Shown here piece after piece: positions 18,714-29,755 of a stretch of 43,903 nucleotides of DNA. Position 1 is the stretch's first letter. Each line of letters begins with the position of its first letter. The stretch is taken from contig JAYTEL010000054.1 of assembly GCA_043735225.1 (NCBI GenBank), forward strand, positions 1 through 43,903, given 5' to 3'. The notes under the pieces were generated by a model. That model saw only the letters and a program-made list of their open reading frames with translations, searched no databases and was not told the DNA's origin. Source of the stretch: Methylotenera sp. Its GTDB lineage: Bacteria > Pseudomonadota > Gammaproteobacteria > Burkholderiales > Methylophilaceae. A program made the translations under genes and the position numbers.

Positions 18714-19562
18714 TTGAATGTATCAAATGCAATAAACGTTGAGAGGCAGACACATATAGGTTTGCTTAGAGAGCATAACGAAGACGCAATTGCTAGCGAT
18801 TTATCTATCGGACTACTCTTATTAGCAGATGGCATGGGTGGTTACAAAGCGGGCGAGGTTGCCAGTGAAATTGCTGTGCTGATGATTGCGGCAGAGCTAA
18901 CAGAGATGATGCAGCATCCTTTACGTTATAGCCCTTTGTCAGGTAAGTTGGTTGAAGCTAAAATGCTGCTTGACGCGGTTAAAAAAACCAATGCAACCAT
19001 TTATCGAATATCACAAAATGAGCCGCAGTGCGCAGGCATGGGCACAACATTGGTGGCGGCGATTTTTACCAGTAATCAACTGGTTGTAGGCCATATTGGT
19101 GATTCACGACTGTATCGTTTACGCGGCGATATTTTGTTGCAACTAACTGAAGATCATTCGTTTGTGCAAGAGCAGATTAATGCAGGTTTAATTTCGCTAG
19201 AGCAAGCGGAAAAGTCAACCAAAAAAAATTTGGTGACAAGGGCGTTAGGTGTTGATGAGGTAGTCGAGCTTGAGTTGCAAACGTTTGATGTGCAAGTTGG
19301 CGATGTGTATTTAATGTGTTCAGATGGCCTGTCTGACATGGTAGCAGATATGACAATCGCACAAATATTGATGCAGGCTAATAATAATATGAGCCTCGCA
19401 GCCGATAAGCTGATTGATACAGCAAACGGTAATGGCGGACTTGACAATATATCTGTGATAATTGCACAAGTGAATAAAACATTTATGCCCAAAAATAGTT
19501 GGGTTAGCCGTTTACTTAAAACAAAAAAAATAATTAACATTAAAGACGAACCGTTTGTTTAA
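18714..19562 (+). CDS. PP2C-type Ser/Thr protein phosphatase (Stp1/IreP family)
   Basis: REHNED, ADGMGG, GMGTT, HIGDSRLY, DHS, VTRALG, CSDGL and GGLDNIS motifs. Confidence 0.93.
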   Translation: MNVSNAINVERQTHIGLLREHNEDAIASDLSIGLLLLADGMGGYKAGEVASEIAVLMIAAELTEMMQHPLRYSPLSGKLVEAKMLLDAVKKTNATIYRISQNEPQCAGMGTTLVAAIFTSNQLVVGHIGDSRLYRLRGDILLQLTEDHSFVQEQINAGLISLEQAEKSTKKNLVTRALGVDEVVELELQTFDVQVGDVYLMCSDGLSDMVADMTIAQILMQANNNMSLAADKLIDTANGNGGLDNISVIIAQVNKTFMPKNSWVSRLLKTKKIINIKDEPFV

Positions 19563-19638
19563 ATCATTTTTAGATAAAATTGCGCTATGTTAAATAAAAC
19601 AACTCGGTTACGGTATCAGTTAAATAACAAGGTAAATT

Positions 19639-20442
19639 ATGGCTAAGTTACATGTTTCACTTGATGGAAATTCGTTAGGCGAGTTTTCGTTAAACAAAGA
19701 GCGCACCACCATCGGTCGACGCGCAAGTAATGACATTCACATCGATAATTTGGTGGTAAGTGGCGATCATGCAGTGATTATCACGATTGCTGGCGACTCA
19801 TTTTTAGAGGATTTAAACAGCACTAATGGTACGATTGTTAATAAAAAGCCCACCAAAAAACACGTGTTACAGCACGACGATGTGATTGCATTTGGTACAT
19901 ATCAATTACGTTATGAAAATCTTGCGCAGAAAAAAACCAGTGCAGAACAACTCGGTTTTGAAAATACTGCTGTTATGCGGACATCAACCGTGAATGATGT
20001 TTTACCAAAAGCCCAAGTGAAAAATAAGCAGGCTGAGCTGCCACAAGCCGACATAAAACAAACTGATCATGCACAGACTGACATCAAAGCTGAATTAAGT
20101 ATTAACAACAAAACTGCACTAACTCTTCAAAATAATCTAGCGCCGCATGCTATCAAATCAGCGCCAGTTAACGATGTGCCAAAAGTGGCCCGTTTGCACA
20201 TATTAACGGGGCCAAATTCTGGCCACGAGGTGCTACTTAATAAAGCTTTAACTAGCTTTGGTGAGCCAGGCGTGCATGTGGTGGTGATTACCAAGCGGCC
20301 ACATGGCTATTTTCTTTCGCACGTAGAAGGCGAAAAACGCCTTTTGATTAATGGACAAAAAGCTGGCCCGCAAGCTTATGCGTTGGTTGACCGCGATGTA
20401 ATTGACATAGTCGGCATGAAAATGGAATTTTATTTAGCATAA
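19639..20442 (+). CDS. FHA domain protein (canonical N-terminal FHA, low-complexity linker, degenerate C-terminal FHA-like domain)
   Basis: IGRRASNDI, VSGDHA and DLNSTNGT are the pThr-binding motifs. The C-terminal domain keeps ING and L.D.D.I but lacks the GR and SxxH motifs. Confidence 0.9.
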   Translation: MAKLHVSLDGNSLGEFSLNKERTTIGRRASNDIHIDNLVVSGDHAVIITIAGDSFLEDLNSTNGTIVNKKPTKKHVLQHDDVIAFGTYQLRYENLAQKKTSAEQLGFENTAVMRTSTVNDVLPKAQVKNKQAELPQADIKQTDHAQTDIKAELSINNKTALTLQNNLAPHAIKSAPVNDVPKVARLHILTGPNSGHEVLLNKALTSFGEPGVHVVVITKRPHGYFLSHVEGEKRLLINGQKAGPQAYALVDRDVIDIVGMKMEFYLA

Positions 20443-20489
20443 ATTCCCGCAATGATTTATTAAGGCTAATTGAATGGCAACAAATATAC

Positions 20490-22133
20490 ATGCTTACTAT
20501 GCAAAATTTAAACCATAAATCCAATCTTCTGAATCAGCTTGATCGGTTAAACTCGATTGGTGTTGCCTTATCAGCAGAGCACGACAACAATCGTCTGTTA
20601 GAAATTATTTTATTAGGCGCGATAGAGCTGACCAACGCCGACGGCGGTACGCTATATTCGGTAACAGAAGAGGGCACGTTAAAATTTGAGATTTTGCGTA
20701 ATATTAGCCTTAATATTGCGATGGGCGGCACGACAGATAAGCCAATTACATTTGCTCCATTACCCATTTATTTAGCCGACGGTAGCCCAAACACCAATAT
20801 GGTGGCGGCGTACAGCGTGGTTAATGCGGTAACGGTTAATATTGCCGATGCATATGTAGCTGATGGCTTTGATTTTTCTGGCACACACAAATTTGACGAA
20901 AAAATGGGTTATCACTCCAGCTCATTTTTAACTGTGCCAATGAAAAACTATGAAAATGAAATGATTGGGGTATTGCAATTAATTAATGCGATTGACCCAG
21001 TTAGCAAACAAATCACCACTTTTTCTGAATCACATCAACGTTTGGTAGAATCGCTTGCCTCGCAAGCTGCGATGGCGCTTACAAATCATCAGTTAATTCA
21101 TGGGCTTAAGCACTTATTTGAATCTTTTATTAAATTAATTGCCGACGCAATTGATGAAAAGTCACCTTACACAGGTGGCCATTGCCAGCGCGTGCCCGAG
21201 TTAACCATGATGTTAGCCGATGCCGCCATTAAAACAGATATTGGCCCGTTAAAAGATTTTAGCATGACCGAAAAAGAGGTCTACGAGCTTAAAATTGCCG
21301 CTTGGCTGCACGATTGTGGCAAAGTCACCACGCCAGAATATGTAATGGATAAAGCAACTAAGCTAGAAACTATTTTTGATCGCATTCACCTGATTGATCA
21401 CCGTTTTGATTTAATGGCTACCCAGCGCGAAAATACCTATTTACGCAAAATGTTATTGATGGATCGTAGCGCAGAAATGGTTAATATTAAGCAAATCAAC
21501 CACGATGTTAACGTGATTAAGAAGCAATTAAATGATGATAAAAACTTTATTCGTAAAGTCAATTTTGGCAGCGAATTCATGCAACCAGCTGATTTAAAAC
21601 GTATTACAGAGATTGCTAAGTACGAATATTTAAACGATTCTGGCCACACAGTCAAATTTTTAAGTGAAAATGAAGTGCATAATTTGATGATTGAACGCGG
21701 CACTTTAACGCCAGAAGAGCGCATGGTGATTAATAATCATATTGTGGTGACTATTAACATGCTAGAGGCCCTACCTTACCCAAAAGATTTACGCCGCGTG
21801 CCAGAATACGCAGGTGGGCATCACGAGCGCATGGACGGCAAAGGCTACCCCAAAGGTTTAACGCGCGATCAAATGTCGATTCCCGCGCGCATAATGGGTA
21901 TTGCCGATATTTTTGAAGCGCTGACTTCTAAAGACCGGCCTTACAAAAAAGCCAAAACTTTATCTGAAACGCTGACTATTTTAGGCAAGATGAAATTAGA
22001 TAATCATATTGACCCTGATATTTTTGATTTATTTATCCGTGAGAAAATTTACTTAAAATATGCTGAAAAGTTTTTAGAGCCGCAACAAGTCGATGAAATA
22101 AACGAAAAAAACATTCCTGGCTACCTGGCATAG
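20490..22133 (+). CDS. GAF + HD-GYP cyclic-dinucleotide phosphodiesterase
   Basis: GAF (NADGGTLY, GVLQLIN); YTGGHCQRV, WLHDCGK, HHERMDGKGYPKGL and ADIFEALT..RPYK motifs intact. Confidence 0.92.
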   Translation: MLTMQNLNHKSNLLNQLDRLNSIGVALSAEHDNNRLLEIILLGAIELTNADGGTLYSVTEEGTLKFEILRNISLNIAMGGTTDKPITFAPLPIYLADGSPNTNMVAAYSVVNAVTVNIADAYVADGFDFSGTHKFDEKMGYHSSSFLTVPMKNYENEMIGVLQLINAIDPVSKQITTFSESHQRLVESLASQAAMALTNHQLIHGLKHLFESFIKLIADAIDEKSPYTGGHCQRVPELTMMLADAAIKTDIGPLKDFSMTEKEVYELKIAAWLHDCGKVTTPEYVMDKATKLETIFDRIHLIDHRFDLMATQRENTYLRKMLLMDRSAEMVNIKQINHDVNVIKKQLNDDKNFIRKVNFGSEFMQPADLKRITEIAKYEYLNDSGHTVKFLSENEVHNLMIERGTLTPEERMVINNHIVVTINMLEALPYPKDLRRVPEYAGGHHERMDGKGYPKGLTRDQMSIPARIMGIADIFEALTSKDRPYKKAKTLSETLTILGKMKLDNHIDPDIFDLFIREKIYLKYAEKFLEPQQVDEINEKNIPGYLA

Positions 22134-22185
22134 TACTTTGTTTAAAGCTAGCAAGGCGCATTAACGCAACTTGGTAATTAAGTAT

Positions 22186-22458
22186 TTAACTCTTAAGAAA
22201 TTGCTTGGTTTTTTTAATAACCGCGCCAAATTCAGCTTCAGACACACCATGAAAAAACGCACCATTGGGCGTAAGCCGCAAATTTGGGCCAATGTCACAA
22301 AACCCTAAACAAGGAGATTCTTCGATTATAATCGGCAAGTTTTTTTGTTTTAGGGCGAGAGTAAAGGCGGATATTACTTGTTTGCTACCACGCGCCGCGC
22401 AAGAAGGGTTATTAGGGTTTGCGCGGTAATTAGTGCAGATGAGAATTTTTTTTATCAC
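22186..22458 (-). CDS. Thioredoxin-like [2Fe-2S] ferredoxin
   Basis: ICTNYRANPNNPSCAARGS...SPCLGFCDIGP supplies four Cys ligands. A GTG start at 22458 avoids overlap with lpxH. Confidence 0.82.
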   Translation of the reverse strand: MIKKILICTNYRANPNNPSCAARGSKQVISAFTLALKQKNLPIIIEESPCLGFCDIGPNLRLTPNGAFFHGVSEAEFGAVIKKTKQFLKS

Positions 22459-22471
22459 TGGTAAGCGTTTA

Positions 22472-23203
22472 CTAATCGTGCAGCTGGTGTGCAGCACAGC
22501 CTGCCGCACTTAACGCCAGATAACTGCCTTGCTCATACCAATCGCCCAATACCCAACGCTCGCATATATGGCCGTCTAACTGGTGACTATGTTTTTGCGG
22601 GCGGTGCGTATGCCCATGAATAAATAACGGTGGATACGCAAACTCTCGTAGTAATGCATCAACAGCGGCAGCATTCACATCCATAATCTGCATCGATTTA
22701 GTCGATTTTGCTTGCTCACTTTTGCTGCGCAATTCTTCAATATAAGTGATACGCTTGCTTAAAGGCTGGCTTAAAAATTGTGCTTGCCAAGCGGCGCTAC
22801 GCACTTCTGTGCGAAATTGCTGATAGGCTACATCGTCGGTACAAAGTGCGTCACCATGACTTAATAATACAGATTTACCGAACAAATTAACCACAGTTGG
22901 ATCGGGCAATATTGTTGCGCCTGTTGCTTTTTCAAACCCATCGTTAATTAAAAAATCACGGTTGCCTTTTAAGAAAAAAACCTTAACGCCGACTGCGCTA
23001 AGGTTTTTTAAAGCTTGAATGATTGATTGATGTTGACCAGCGGCAATGCCATCGTCACCCGCCCAATACTCAAATAAATCGCCCAATATATACAACGCTT
23101 GCGCATGTATGGCGGTATTTGCTAAAAAAGCATTAAATGCTTGAGTTATAGGTGGGCGTGAGTCGCATAAATGACAATCAGAAATAAATAAGCAGTGTTT
23201 CAT
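22472..23203 (-). CDS. lpxH: UDP-2,3-diacylglucosamine diphosphatase
   Basis: ISDCHL, LGDLFEYW, GNRDFL, HGD.LCTDD, HGHTHRP and LGDW; ppiB-lpxH synteny. Start taken at MKHCLF. Confidence 0.95.
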   Translation of the reverse strand: MKHCLFISDCHLCDSRPPITQAFNAFLANTAIHAQALYILGDLFEYWAGDDGIAAGQHQSIIQALKNLSAVGVKVFFLKGNRDFLINDGFEKATGATILPDPTVVNLFGKSVLLSHGDALCTDDVAYQQFRTEVRSAAWQAQFLSQPLSKRITYIEELRSKSEQAKSTKSMQIMDVNAAAVDALLREFAYPPLFIHGHTHRPQKHSHQLDGHICERWVLGDWYEQGSYLALSAAGCAAHQLHD

Positions 23204-23238
23204 TTTGCAAAGCATGCCTAAGTTTTGTCTAAGTAGCC

Positions 23239-23271
23239 AAGTCGGATGAGTTAAGTCGGATGAGTTAAGTC
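23239..23271. repeat. 14-bp perfect tandem duplication, intergenic
   Basis: aagtcggatgagtt x2 followed by aagtc. Confidence 0.85.
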
Positions 23272-23288
23272 AAATTAGCTGACCAATT

Positions 23289-23780
23289 TTAAGATAGGCT
23301 AGCTTTTATGATAATAACTGGTTCAGCTGGCACATCTTGATGGCCTGCTTTGCTGGTGGTTTTAACCGCTCTAATTTTGTCTACTACGTCCATGCCCGCA
23401 ATGACTTTACCAAAAACGCAATAGCCCCAGCCGCTGGCATTTTTTGCGGTGTGATTTAAAAAAGCGTTATCACCAACATTAATAAAAAACTGACTGCTGG
23501 CTGAGTCGGGCACAGAAGTACGCGCCATAGCAACTGTGTATTTATCGTTTACCAAGCCGTTATCGGCTTCATTTTTAATTTCATCTTTAGTTGGCTTTTG
23601 TTTCATATTGGCATCAAAACCGCCGCCTTGCACCATAAAGCCATCAATCACGCGGTGAAAAATAACGCCGTCATAAAATCCGCTTTCTACATATTGTAAA
23701 AAATTGGCAACAGTAATCGGTGCCTTTTCTGCGTTAAGTTCGAGCGTAATTTCGCCAAAATTGGTAGTGAGTTTAACCAC
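23289..23780 (-). CDS. ppiB: Cytoplasmic cyclophilin-type peptidyl-prolyl isomerase
   Basis: [25 protein letters not shown] and WGYCVFGKV; no signal peptide. Confidence 0.93.
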   Translation of the reverse strand: MVKLTTNFGEITLELNAEKAPITVANFLQYVESGFYDGVIFHRVIDGFMVQGGGFDANMKQKPTKDEIKNEADNGLVNDKYTVAMARTSVPDSASSQFFINVGDNAFLNHTAKNASGWGYCVFGKVIAGMDVVDKIRAVKTTSKAGHQDVPAEPVIIIKASLS

Positions 23781-23835
23781 GGGATGAGTCCTTTAATGTT
23801 TGAGTTTGCGTGAGGATAACGCGCTAAATAATTGT

Positions 23836-24435
23836 TTATTTGGCTGACTGTTTACTGTCGTCTTTAGCAATTTCGCCAAGTAATTTTGCGTTTTTAATAA
23901 TGATAGGCTTGACGGGAACGTCGCTGTAACGCCCAACTGTATTGGTTTGGGTGACCCCAATTTTTTGTATAACATCCATGCCGCTTGTCACTTTACCAAA
24001 TACGCAGTAGCCAATTTGGTCAGGATCAGGACCAGTGTAGTCCAAAAATTGATTATCAATTAAGTTGACAAAAAATTGCGCGGTGGCTGAATCAGGGTCC
24101 GCAGTACGTGCCATGGCAATGGTGCCAGTTTGATTTAATAATCCATTGCCAGCCTCGTTAACAATTGCTGCGCGGGTATTTTTTTCGCTTAAATCACGTT
24201 CAAAACCGCCGCCTTGAATCATAAAATGATTAATCACACGGTGAAATATGGTGTTTTCGTAATAACCATCTTTAACATATTGCAAAAAATTAGCTACCGT
24301 TTTAGGTGCCTTTTCTGGGTATAGTTCAACCGTAAAATCACCTTGATTGGTTTGAAATTCAACGCTGGGTGCAGCTAGTGTGCAGGTTGATGCACAGAAT
24401 AATAACCCGCCTAATACTAAATTTTTAATAGTCAT
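23836..24435 (-). CDS. ppiA: Periplasmic cyclophilin-type peptidyl-prolyl isomerase
   Basis: Signal peptide followed by FHRVINHFMIQGGG and AMARTADPDSATAQFFVN. Confidence 0.9.
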   Translation of the reverse strand: MTIKNLVLGGLLFCASTCTLAAPSVEFQTNQGDFTVELYPEKAPKTVANFLQYVKDGYYENTIFHRVINHFMIQGGGFERDLSEKNTRAAIVNEAGNGLLNQTGTIAMARTADPDSATAQFFVNLIDNQFLDYTGPDPDQIGYCVFGKVTSGMDVIQKIGVTQTNTVGRYSDVPVKPIIIKNAKLLGEIAKDDSKQSAK

Positions 24436-24438
24436 ATA

Positions 24439-25707
24439 CTAACCAGCACCTTCATAAATTATTTTCCATTGATTGTTTTCATTCGTCCAATATTGGCGTT
24501 TGCGCATTTTATTTTGCAAAGCTGCACTTTTAAAATCTTGCTCAAAATTGACTACTACTACTGGTTGTTCTAAACCAGGATAGCCAAACATGCTGATGTC
24601 GTTAATTTGAATTGCAACAATTGGTTTGCCCGCTTGAATGCCACGTTTGTAATCTGCCCATTGCGCTAAACCGCCATCGCTATAAAAAAACTTTTTAGAG
24701 TAATGACTTAAATATTGATCTGTATCTTGTAAAGCCCAATCGTGACGCCATTCCTCAATAGATTTTTGTAACGATTTTTGGTCTGCTTCATTTGTTTTCA
24801 GCTGCTTGCTGGATTTGTCACCTGCTAACCATTCTAACTTATCAGCAATAATGACGGGCGTTTTGCCTAATCGTAAAATCGGTTCTAAGGCCTTTAAATC
24901 AGGGTTGCTTAATACAACACAGCCATCGCTGGCGCGCGGTGGTCTACTATAAGTGCCAGATGGCGTGCCGTGTAGCCAAATACCAGAACCGTTTTTGTTT
25001 TGATGTAAATCAATTTCGTTTGGATAATTAAGCGGAAAAGCGGCGTCGCCATACATATCAGCCAGTGGCTGGGTAAGTTTTGCGCCAGCGAAATACACTC
25101 CTATAGGGGTGCGCTTATCACCTTGTGCTTGTTTGCCAGTGCCATTTTTGCCAACCGTAACGTAATAATCCGATACATATTGCAATGCACCATCGACCTT
25201 TTTGTATAAATAAAGCCGAGATTTTGCGGTGTCAACCACAATTATGTTATTTTGCTCTGCGCTAAATTTAACCAATATATTAGGACGTTGCGATGATTTT
25301 TTGTCGGATAAATAATACTCAATACGGGTACGGGCTTCATCGCGCAAGCCGGCAATTTGCTCACTACTGGGTGTAACGTGGGCATCGGCTGCGTTGGAGT
25401 CACCAAATCCCGTTAAAGCATGACCTTGTGAGGTTAATAAATCGCCGCGAATCAAATACGCAAGTTTAAAGTTTGGCGCGGTGCGAATAAGATCGTTTAC
25501 CGTTGCAAAAGCTTGCTTGGTTTTGCCTTCGGAAATTTCAATTAAGCTTTTAATAAGCAAGCTTTCGACCAGGTTGCGGCCCAATTTTTGGCCTAATAAT
25601 TGGTCTGTTAAACTACCATGATTAATAGCTGTCGCATTCCAAGGCAGTGCGATGCAAACAAATACGATTGCATACTTGATAGATTTAAGTGATTGAATCA
25701 ATTGCAT
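24439..25707 (-). CDS. L,D-transpeptidase/carboxypeptidase (YkuD domain) with C-terminal NTF2-like domain (Csd6-like)
   Basis: GDKRTPIGVY, LNYPN and the catalytic His/Cys motif IWLHGT...SDGCVVL; C-terminal W..DW...YLSHYS...WKIIYE. Confidence 0.88.
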   Translation of the reverse strand: MQLIQSLKSIKYAIVFVCIALPWNATAINHGSLTDQLLGQKLGRNLVESLLIKSLIEISEGKTKQAFATVNDLIRTAPNFKLAYLIRGDLLTSQGHALTGFGDSNAADAHVTPSSEQIAGLRDEARTRIEYYLSDKKSSQRPNILVKFSAEQNNIIVVDTAKSRLYLYKKVDGALQYVSDYYVTVGKNGTGKQAQGDKRTPIGVYFAGAKLTQPLADMYGDAAFPLNYPNEIDLHQNKNGSGIWLHGTPSGTYSRPPRASDGCVVLSNPDLKALEPILRLGKTPVIIADKLEWLAGDKSSKQLKTNEADQKSLQKSIEEWRHDWALQDTDQYLSHYSKKFFYSDGGLAQWADYKRGIQAGKPIVAIQINDISMFGYPGLEQPVVVVNFEQDFKSAALQNKMRKRQYWTNENNQWKIIYEGAG

Positions 25708-25783
25708 TAATTTATGTTTGTTTCTGCTTAAAATCGTGCGTGCAATAAAATAGTTTTAACGTTAATGGCAATATTTGCGTTGA

Positions 25784-26812
25784 CTAGTTCGATGCAAATT
25801 CCTGGTTTATTAACCAAACGCCGCCCACCTTTTTCAATACCAAGGTTTTATCGGTGCTAATGGGTTTGCCATCTGCGCGATAGCTTTGTTTAAAGCTTAC
25901 TTTTGCATTATCTGCCCCTTCAAGCGTCACTTTTTGATTGGCAATATCTACGCTAATGTTTGAAGGTTTGCTAATGCGATCGCGGCGGGTTTGCTCCCAC
26001 GCTTTATGACTTTCGCCTTTTGCTGGTTTAAAGCTATCAGCGTAGCTATTAAAGTATTTATCTAAATCTTTGGCAGACCAAGCTTTTGCCCATTTATTTA
26101 CAGCTTCAATGATACTTTTTTCATCACCAGAACCCGTAACTGTCACTGTTTTTTCTGCTTCTGCTATTTTAGTCGCTTCAACTTTTTTGTCAGCAGCGCG
26201 AATTGGCATGGTAGCTGTCTTGCTTGACTTGCTTACATCTGCAATTTTAATAGGTTTAGTTGTATCTACAGATTTGCTAACCACAGTTGTTTTATTGCCA
26301 AATAAATCTTTAATCATGGCCAATTTACTTTGCGCGCGCGCGTTGCCGTTATCTAATTGCAACGCTTTGTCATAAGCCTCTGACGCCATACGTGCATAAA
26401 TATCACCCAAGTTTTCGTGCGCTGTGGCATAACTTGGGTGCGTCTTGATAGCAGTTTCTAGCGCATTTTTGGCTTTATCATATTGACCAGAATCGGCGTA
26501 TAACACAGCTAAATTATTATATGGCTCTGGCAGGTTTGGGTATTTTTCAGTTAAATCAGAAAACGCCTTAATCGCCTCGTCGCGCTTATTGCTTTCGGCT
26601 AAAATAATGCCTTTCATAAACATGGCTTGTGCATCTTTTGGATTGGCTGCCAAGTAGGTGTTTATGCGCTCAAGTGCAGCGGTTGATTGACCATTATCTG
26701 CCATTTGCGAGATATCTTTTAGTTCGTCAGCAAACGCATTGCTGCTTACAAAGGTAATTGCAAAAACCAGTTGAATTAGTCGTTTTGAAAATGAATTATT
26801 TAGAATTGTCAT
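25784..26812 (-). CDS. Exported TPR-repeat protein with C-terminal NTF2-like domain
   Basis: Signal peptide (SNAFA); TPR motifs PEPYNNLAVLYA and ATAHENLGDIYA; C-terminal WAKAWSAKD...WLINQE. Confidence 0.85.
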   Translation of the reverse strand: MTILNNSFSKRLIQLVFAITFVSSNAFADELKDISQMADNGQSTAALERINTYLAANPKDAQAMFMKGIILAESNKRDEAIKAFSDLTEKYPNLPEPYNNLAVLYADSGQYDKAKNALETAIKTHPSYATAHENLGDIYARMASEAYDKALQLDNGNARAQSKLAMIKDLFGNKTTVVSKSVDTTKPIKIADVSKSSKTATMPIRAADKKVEATKIAEAEKTVTVTGSGDEKSIIEAVNKWAKAWSAKDLDKYFNSYADSFKPAKGESHKAWEQTRRDRISKPSNISVDIANQKVTLEGADNAKVSFKQSYRADGKPISTDKTLVLKKVGGVWLINQEFASN

Positions 26813-26970
26813 TATTGTGAACTCATGCGATTTTATAAAAACTCTATTCTATCAACTGCCTAGCTAACCTCCAATAGCCCGCTTGCAATTCATGCATAAA
26901 TATTCATTAATTTATCAATTTTCACCCTGATTTCACTTTTTTTACACGTTTTGCACTTTATAATCCGCAC

Positions 26971-28461
26971 ATGTTAAAAATTTATAATTCTTTAAGCCGC
27001 GATAAACAGCTATTTATTCCCATTCAAACCGGCAAGGTTCGCATGTATGTGTGCGGCATGACCGTGTACGATTATTGCCATTTAGGTCATGCGCGGGTGA
27101 TGGTGGTGTTTGATATGATTTCACGCTGGTTGCGCGCAAGCGATTTTGAAGTAACCTATGTGCGTAATATCACCGATATTGATGACAAAATTATCAAACG
27201 TGCTAATGAAAATAACGAGACAATTGCCGTGCTGACGCAGCGTTTTGTAGATGCGATGGACGAAGATGCAGCGCGATTGGACGTTATTCGTCCAACATTA
27301 GAGCCGCGTGCCACGGCATATGTTGCTGATATGATTAACATGATTTCTGTTTTAATTATAAAAGGCCATGCCTATGCCGCGGCCAATGGCGATGTTTTTT
27401 ACAGCGTGCGCAGTTTTGCCGATTACGGTAAATTATCGGGTAAAAGTTTAGATGATTTGCGCGCGGGCGAGCGCGTTGAAGTGGACACGCATAAAAAAGA
27501 TGCGATGGATTTTGTGCTGTGGAAATCAGTTAAACCAAATGAGCCTAGCTGGGATTCACCTTTTGGCGGACCTAATGGCGGTAAAGGCCGCCCGGGATGG
27601 CATATTGAATGCTCTGCCATGAGCGCAAGCTTACTTGGCGCGCAATTTGATATTCACGGCGGCGGTCAAGATTTGCAGTTTCCGCATCACGAAAATGAAA
27701 TTGCACAATCTGAAGCTGCAAATTTTGACTCAACCCATAACCATGATGGAAAGCCATGCCAAATGGCCAATTACTGGATGCACAACGGGTTTGTGCGCGT
27801 TATAAACGAAAAAGATGGGCATGACGAAAAGATGTCCAAATCGCTGGGCAACTTTTTTACGATTCGTGAAGTACTGAAAAAATACGATGCCCAAGTGGTG
27901 CGTTTTTTCATTCTGCGCGCGCATTATCGTAGCCCGCTTAATTATTCTGACGCGCATTTAGATGATGCCAAGTTAGCGCTTACTCGCCTGTACACTGCCT
28001 TGCGCGGCCACGTTGTTACTGATAGTCAGATTGATTGGCAACATCCGCAAGCGGTGCGCTTTAAAGCCGCAATGGACGATGATTTTAATACTGCAGAAGC
28101 GATGGCGGTGTTATTCGACTTAGCAAATGAGTCGAATAAAACGAAGTTAATTGAAACAGTAAGTTTGCTTAAAAACTTAGGCGGCTTGTTGGGATTGTTG
28201 CAAAATAATCCCAATGAATTTTTGCAAGGAAAAATTGTTACTAACTCTATTTCCAGTGTGATAACTGACGGTGCAAATATATCAAATGCGTTAATAGGCG
28301 CAGGGTTTGACAATACTCAGATTGAGGATTTTATACATTTCCGAATTGAGGCCAAAAAAGCCAAAAATTACGCCGAGGCTGATCGCATTCGTAAAGAGCT
28401 TGCAGATGCAGGGATTATTTTAGAAGACACGCCGCAAGGCACAACTTGGCGCCGCGCTTAA
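26971..28461 (+). CDS. cysS: Cysteine--tRNA ligase
   Basis: [40 protein letters not shown] and KMSKS. Confidence 0.98.
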   Translation: MLKIYNSLSRDKQLFIPIQTGKVRMYVCGMTVYDYCHLGHARVMVVFDMISRWLRASDFEVTYVRNITDIDDKIIKRANENNETIAVLTQRFVDAMDEDAARLDVIRPTLEPRATAYVADMINMISVLIIKGHAYAAANGDVFYSVRSFADYGKLSGKSLDDLRAGERVEVDTHKKDAMDFVLWKSVKPNEPSWDSPFGGPNGGKGRPGWHIECSAMSASLLGAQFDIHGGGQDLQFPHHENEIAQSEAANFDSTHNHDGKPCQMANYWMHNGFVRVINEKDGHDEKMSKSLGNFFTIREVLKKYDAQVVRFFILRAHYRSPLNYSDAHLDDAKLALTRLYTALRGHVVTDSQIDWQHPQAVRFKAAMDDDFNTAEAMAVLFDLANESNKTKLIETVSLLKNLGGLLGLLQNNPNEFLQGKIVTNSISSVITDGANISNALIGAGFDNTQIEDFIHFRIEAKKAKNYAEADRIRKELADAGIILEDTPQGTTWRRA

Positions 28462-28495
28462 TCAAACATATTAAAGTTATACATAGGAAAAATCA

Positions 28496-29749
28496 ATGCC
28501 CGTAAAACTCCTCGCGCCAAGCTCTGCCTCATTATTGCCAGTCAAAGGCGTTAAGTTAGGCTTTGCCGAGGCGCATGTGCGAAAACCTAATCGTAAAGAT
28601 GTGTTGGTGATTACTTTGCCTGAAAATAGCCGCGTAGCGGGCGTATTTACGCTTAATCGTTTTTGCGCGGCGCCAGTTATTTTGTGCAAAGAATATCTGG
28701 CGCAAGACTCAATTAAAAAACAGGGCATTCGCGCTTTACTCGTCAACACTGGTTGCGCCAACGCGGGAACGGGTGAGGATGGCTTAAGCCGTGCCAAACA
28801 AAGCTGCGAAGCTTTGGCTAACTTATTGAATATTAATGCAAATCAAGTACTGCCGTTTTCTACTGGCGTTATTTTGGAGCCATTGCCAGTTGATAAAGTT
28901 ATCAACGGCATGCCAGCTGCAATTGAAAATTTAAAAGAAGAAAACTGGTTAAACGCGGCTGAAGCAATTATGACCACCGATATTGTTGCTAAAGGCACAT
29001 CACGACAAATTAAACTCGGCAACAAAGAGGTCACGATTACGGGTGTTAGCAAGGGCAGCGGCATGAGTCACCCTAATATGGCGACTATGTTAGGTTACAT
29101 CGCAACCGATGCCGCTGTCAGCCAGGCTGCGCTTGAAAGCATGATTCAATATGCTGTCAATAAATCGTTTAATTGCATCACTGTTGATGGTGACACATCA
29201 ACCAATGATAGCTTGATTATGATGGCGACTAACTTAGCGGGTAATGCAGAAATCAGAGAAGATAGCACTGATTACACGCTTTTACGTGACACGTTAACCG
29301 AGGTTGCGGTTGAATTAGCACAAGCGATTGTGCGCGACGGCGAAGGCGCAACCAAGTTTATGACGGTGAAGGTTGAAGGTGGTGAGACCGAAGCCGAATG
29401 CCGTAAAGTTGCTTATGCAATCGCCCATTCACCACTGATTAAAACCGCGTTTTTTGCTTCGGACCCTAACTTAGGTCGTATCTTAGCTGCGATTGGCTAC
29501 GCGGGCGTTGACGATTTAGATGTAAATAATATGGCATTGTATTTAGGAAATGAGACAGGCAGCGACATATTAGTGGCCGAAAAAGGCGGCCGCGCGGCGA
29601 GTTATAAAGAAGAACAAGGCGCAGCGATTATGCAAGAATCGGATATTTTGGTGCGCGTGGTGTTAAATCGCGGCGTTGCAAATTGTACGATTTGGACCTG
29701 CGACTTTAGTTATGACTATGTGAAAATTAATGCCGATTACCGAAGCTAA
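28496..29749 (+). CDS. argJ: Ornithine acetyltransferase / N-acetylglutamate synthase
   Basis: ANAGTG, STGVI, IMTTD, the PNMATML autocleavage site, [16 protein letters not shown] and INADYRS. Confidence 0.97.
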   Translation: MPVKLLAPSSASLLPVKGVKLGFAEAHVRKPNRKDVLVITLPENSRVAGVFTLNRFCAAPVILCKEYLAQDSIKKQGIRALLVNTGCANAGTGEDGLSRAKQSCEALANLLNINANQVLPFSTGVILEPLPVDKVINGMPAAIENLKEENWLNAAEAIMTTDIVAKGTSRQIKLGNKEVTITGVSKGSGMSHPNMATMLGYIATDAAVSQAALESMIQYAVNKSFNCITVDGDTSTNDSLIMMATNLAGNAEIREDSTDYTLLRDTLTEVAVELAQAIVRDGEGATKFMTVKVEGGETEAECRKVAYAIAHSPLIKTAFFASDPNLGRILAAIGYAGVDDLDVNNMALYLGNETGSDILVAEKGGRAASYKEEQGAAIMQESDILVRVVLNRGVANCTIWTCDFSYDYVKINADYRS

Positions 29750-29755
29750 TTATTA

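Noticed and set aside
29059-29091. ArgJ motif reads [11 protein letters not shown] instead of the usual GMIxPNMATML
   Set aside because: It is a single substitution with the catalytic Thr intact; it could be a polymorphism or sequencing error, so no pseudogene call.
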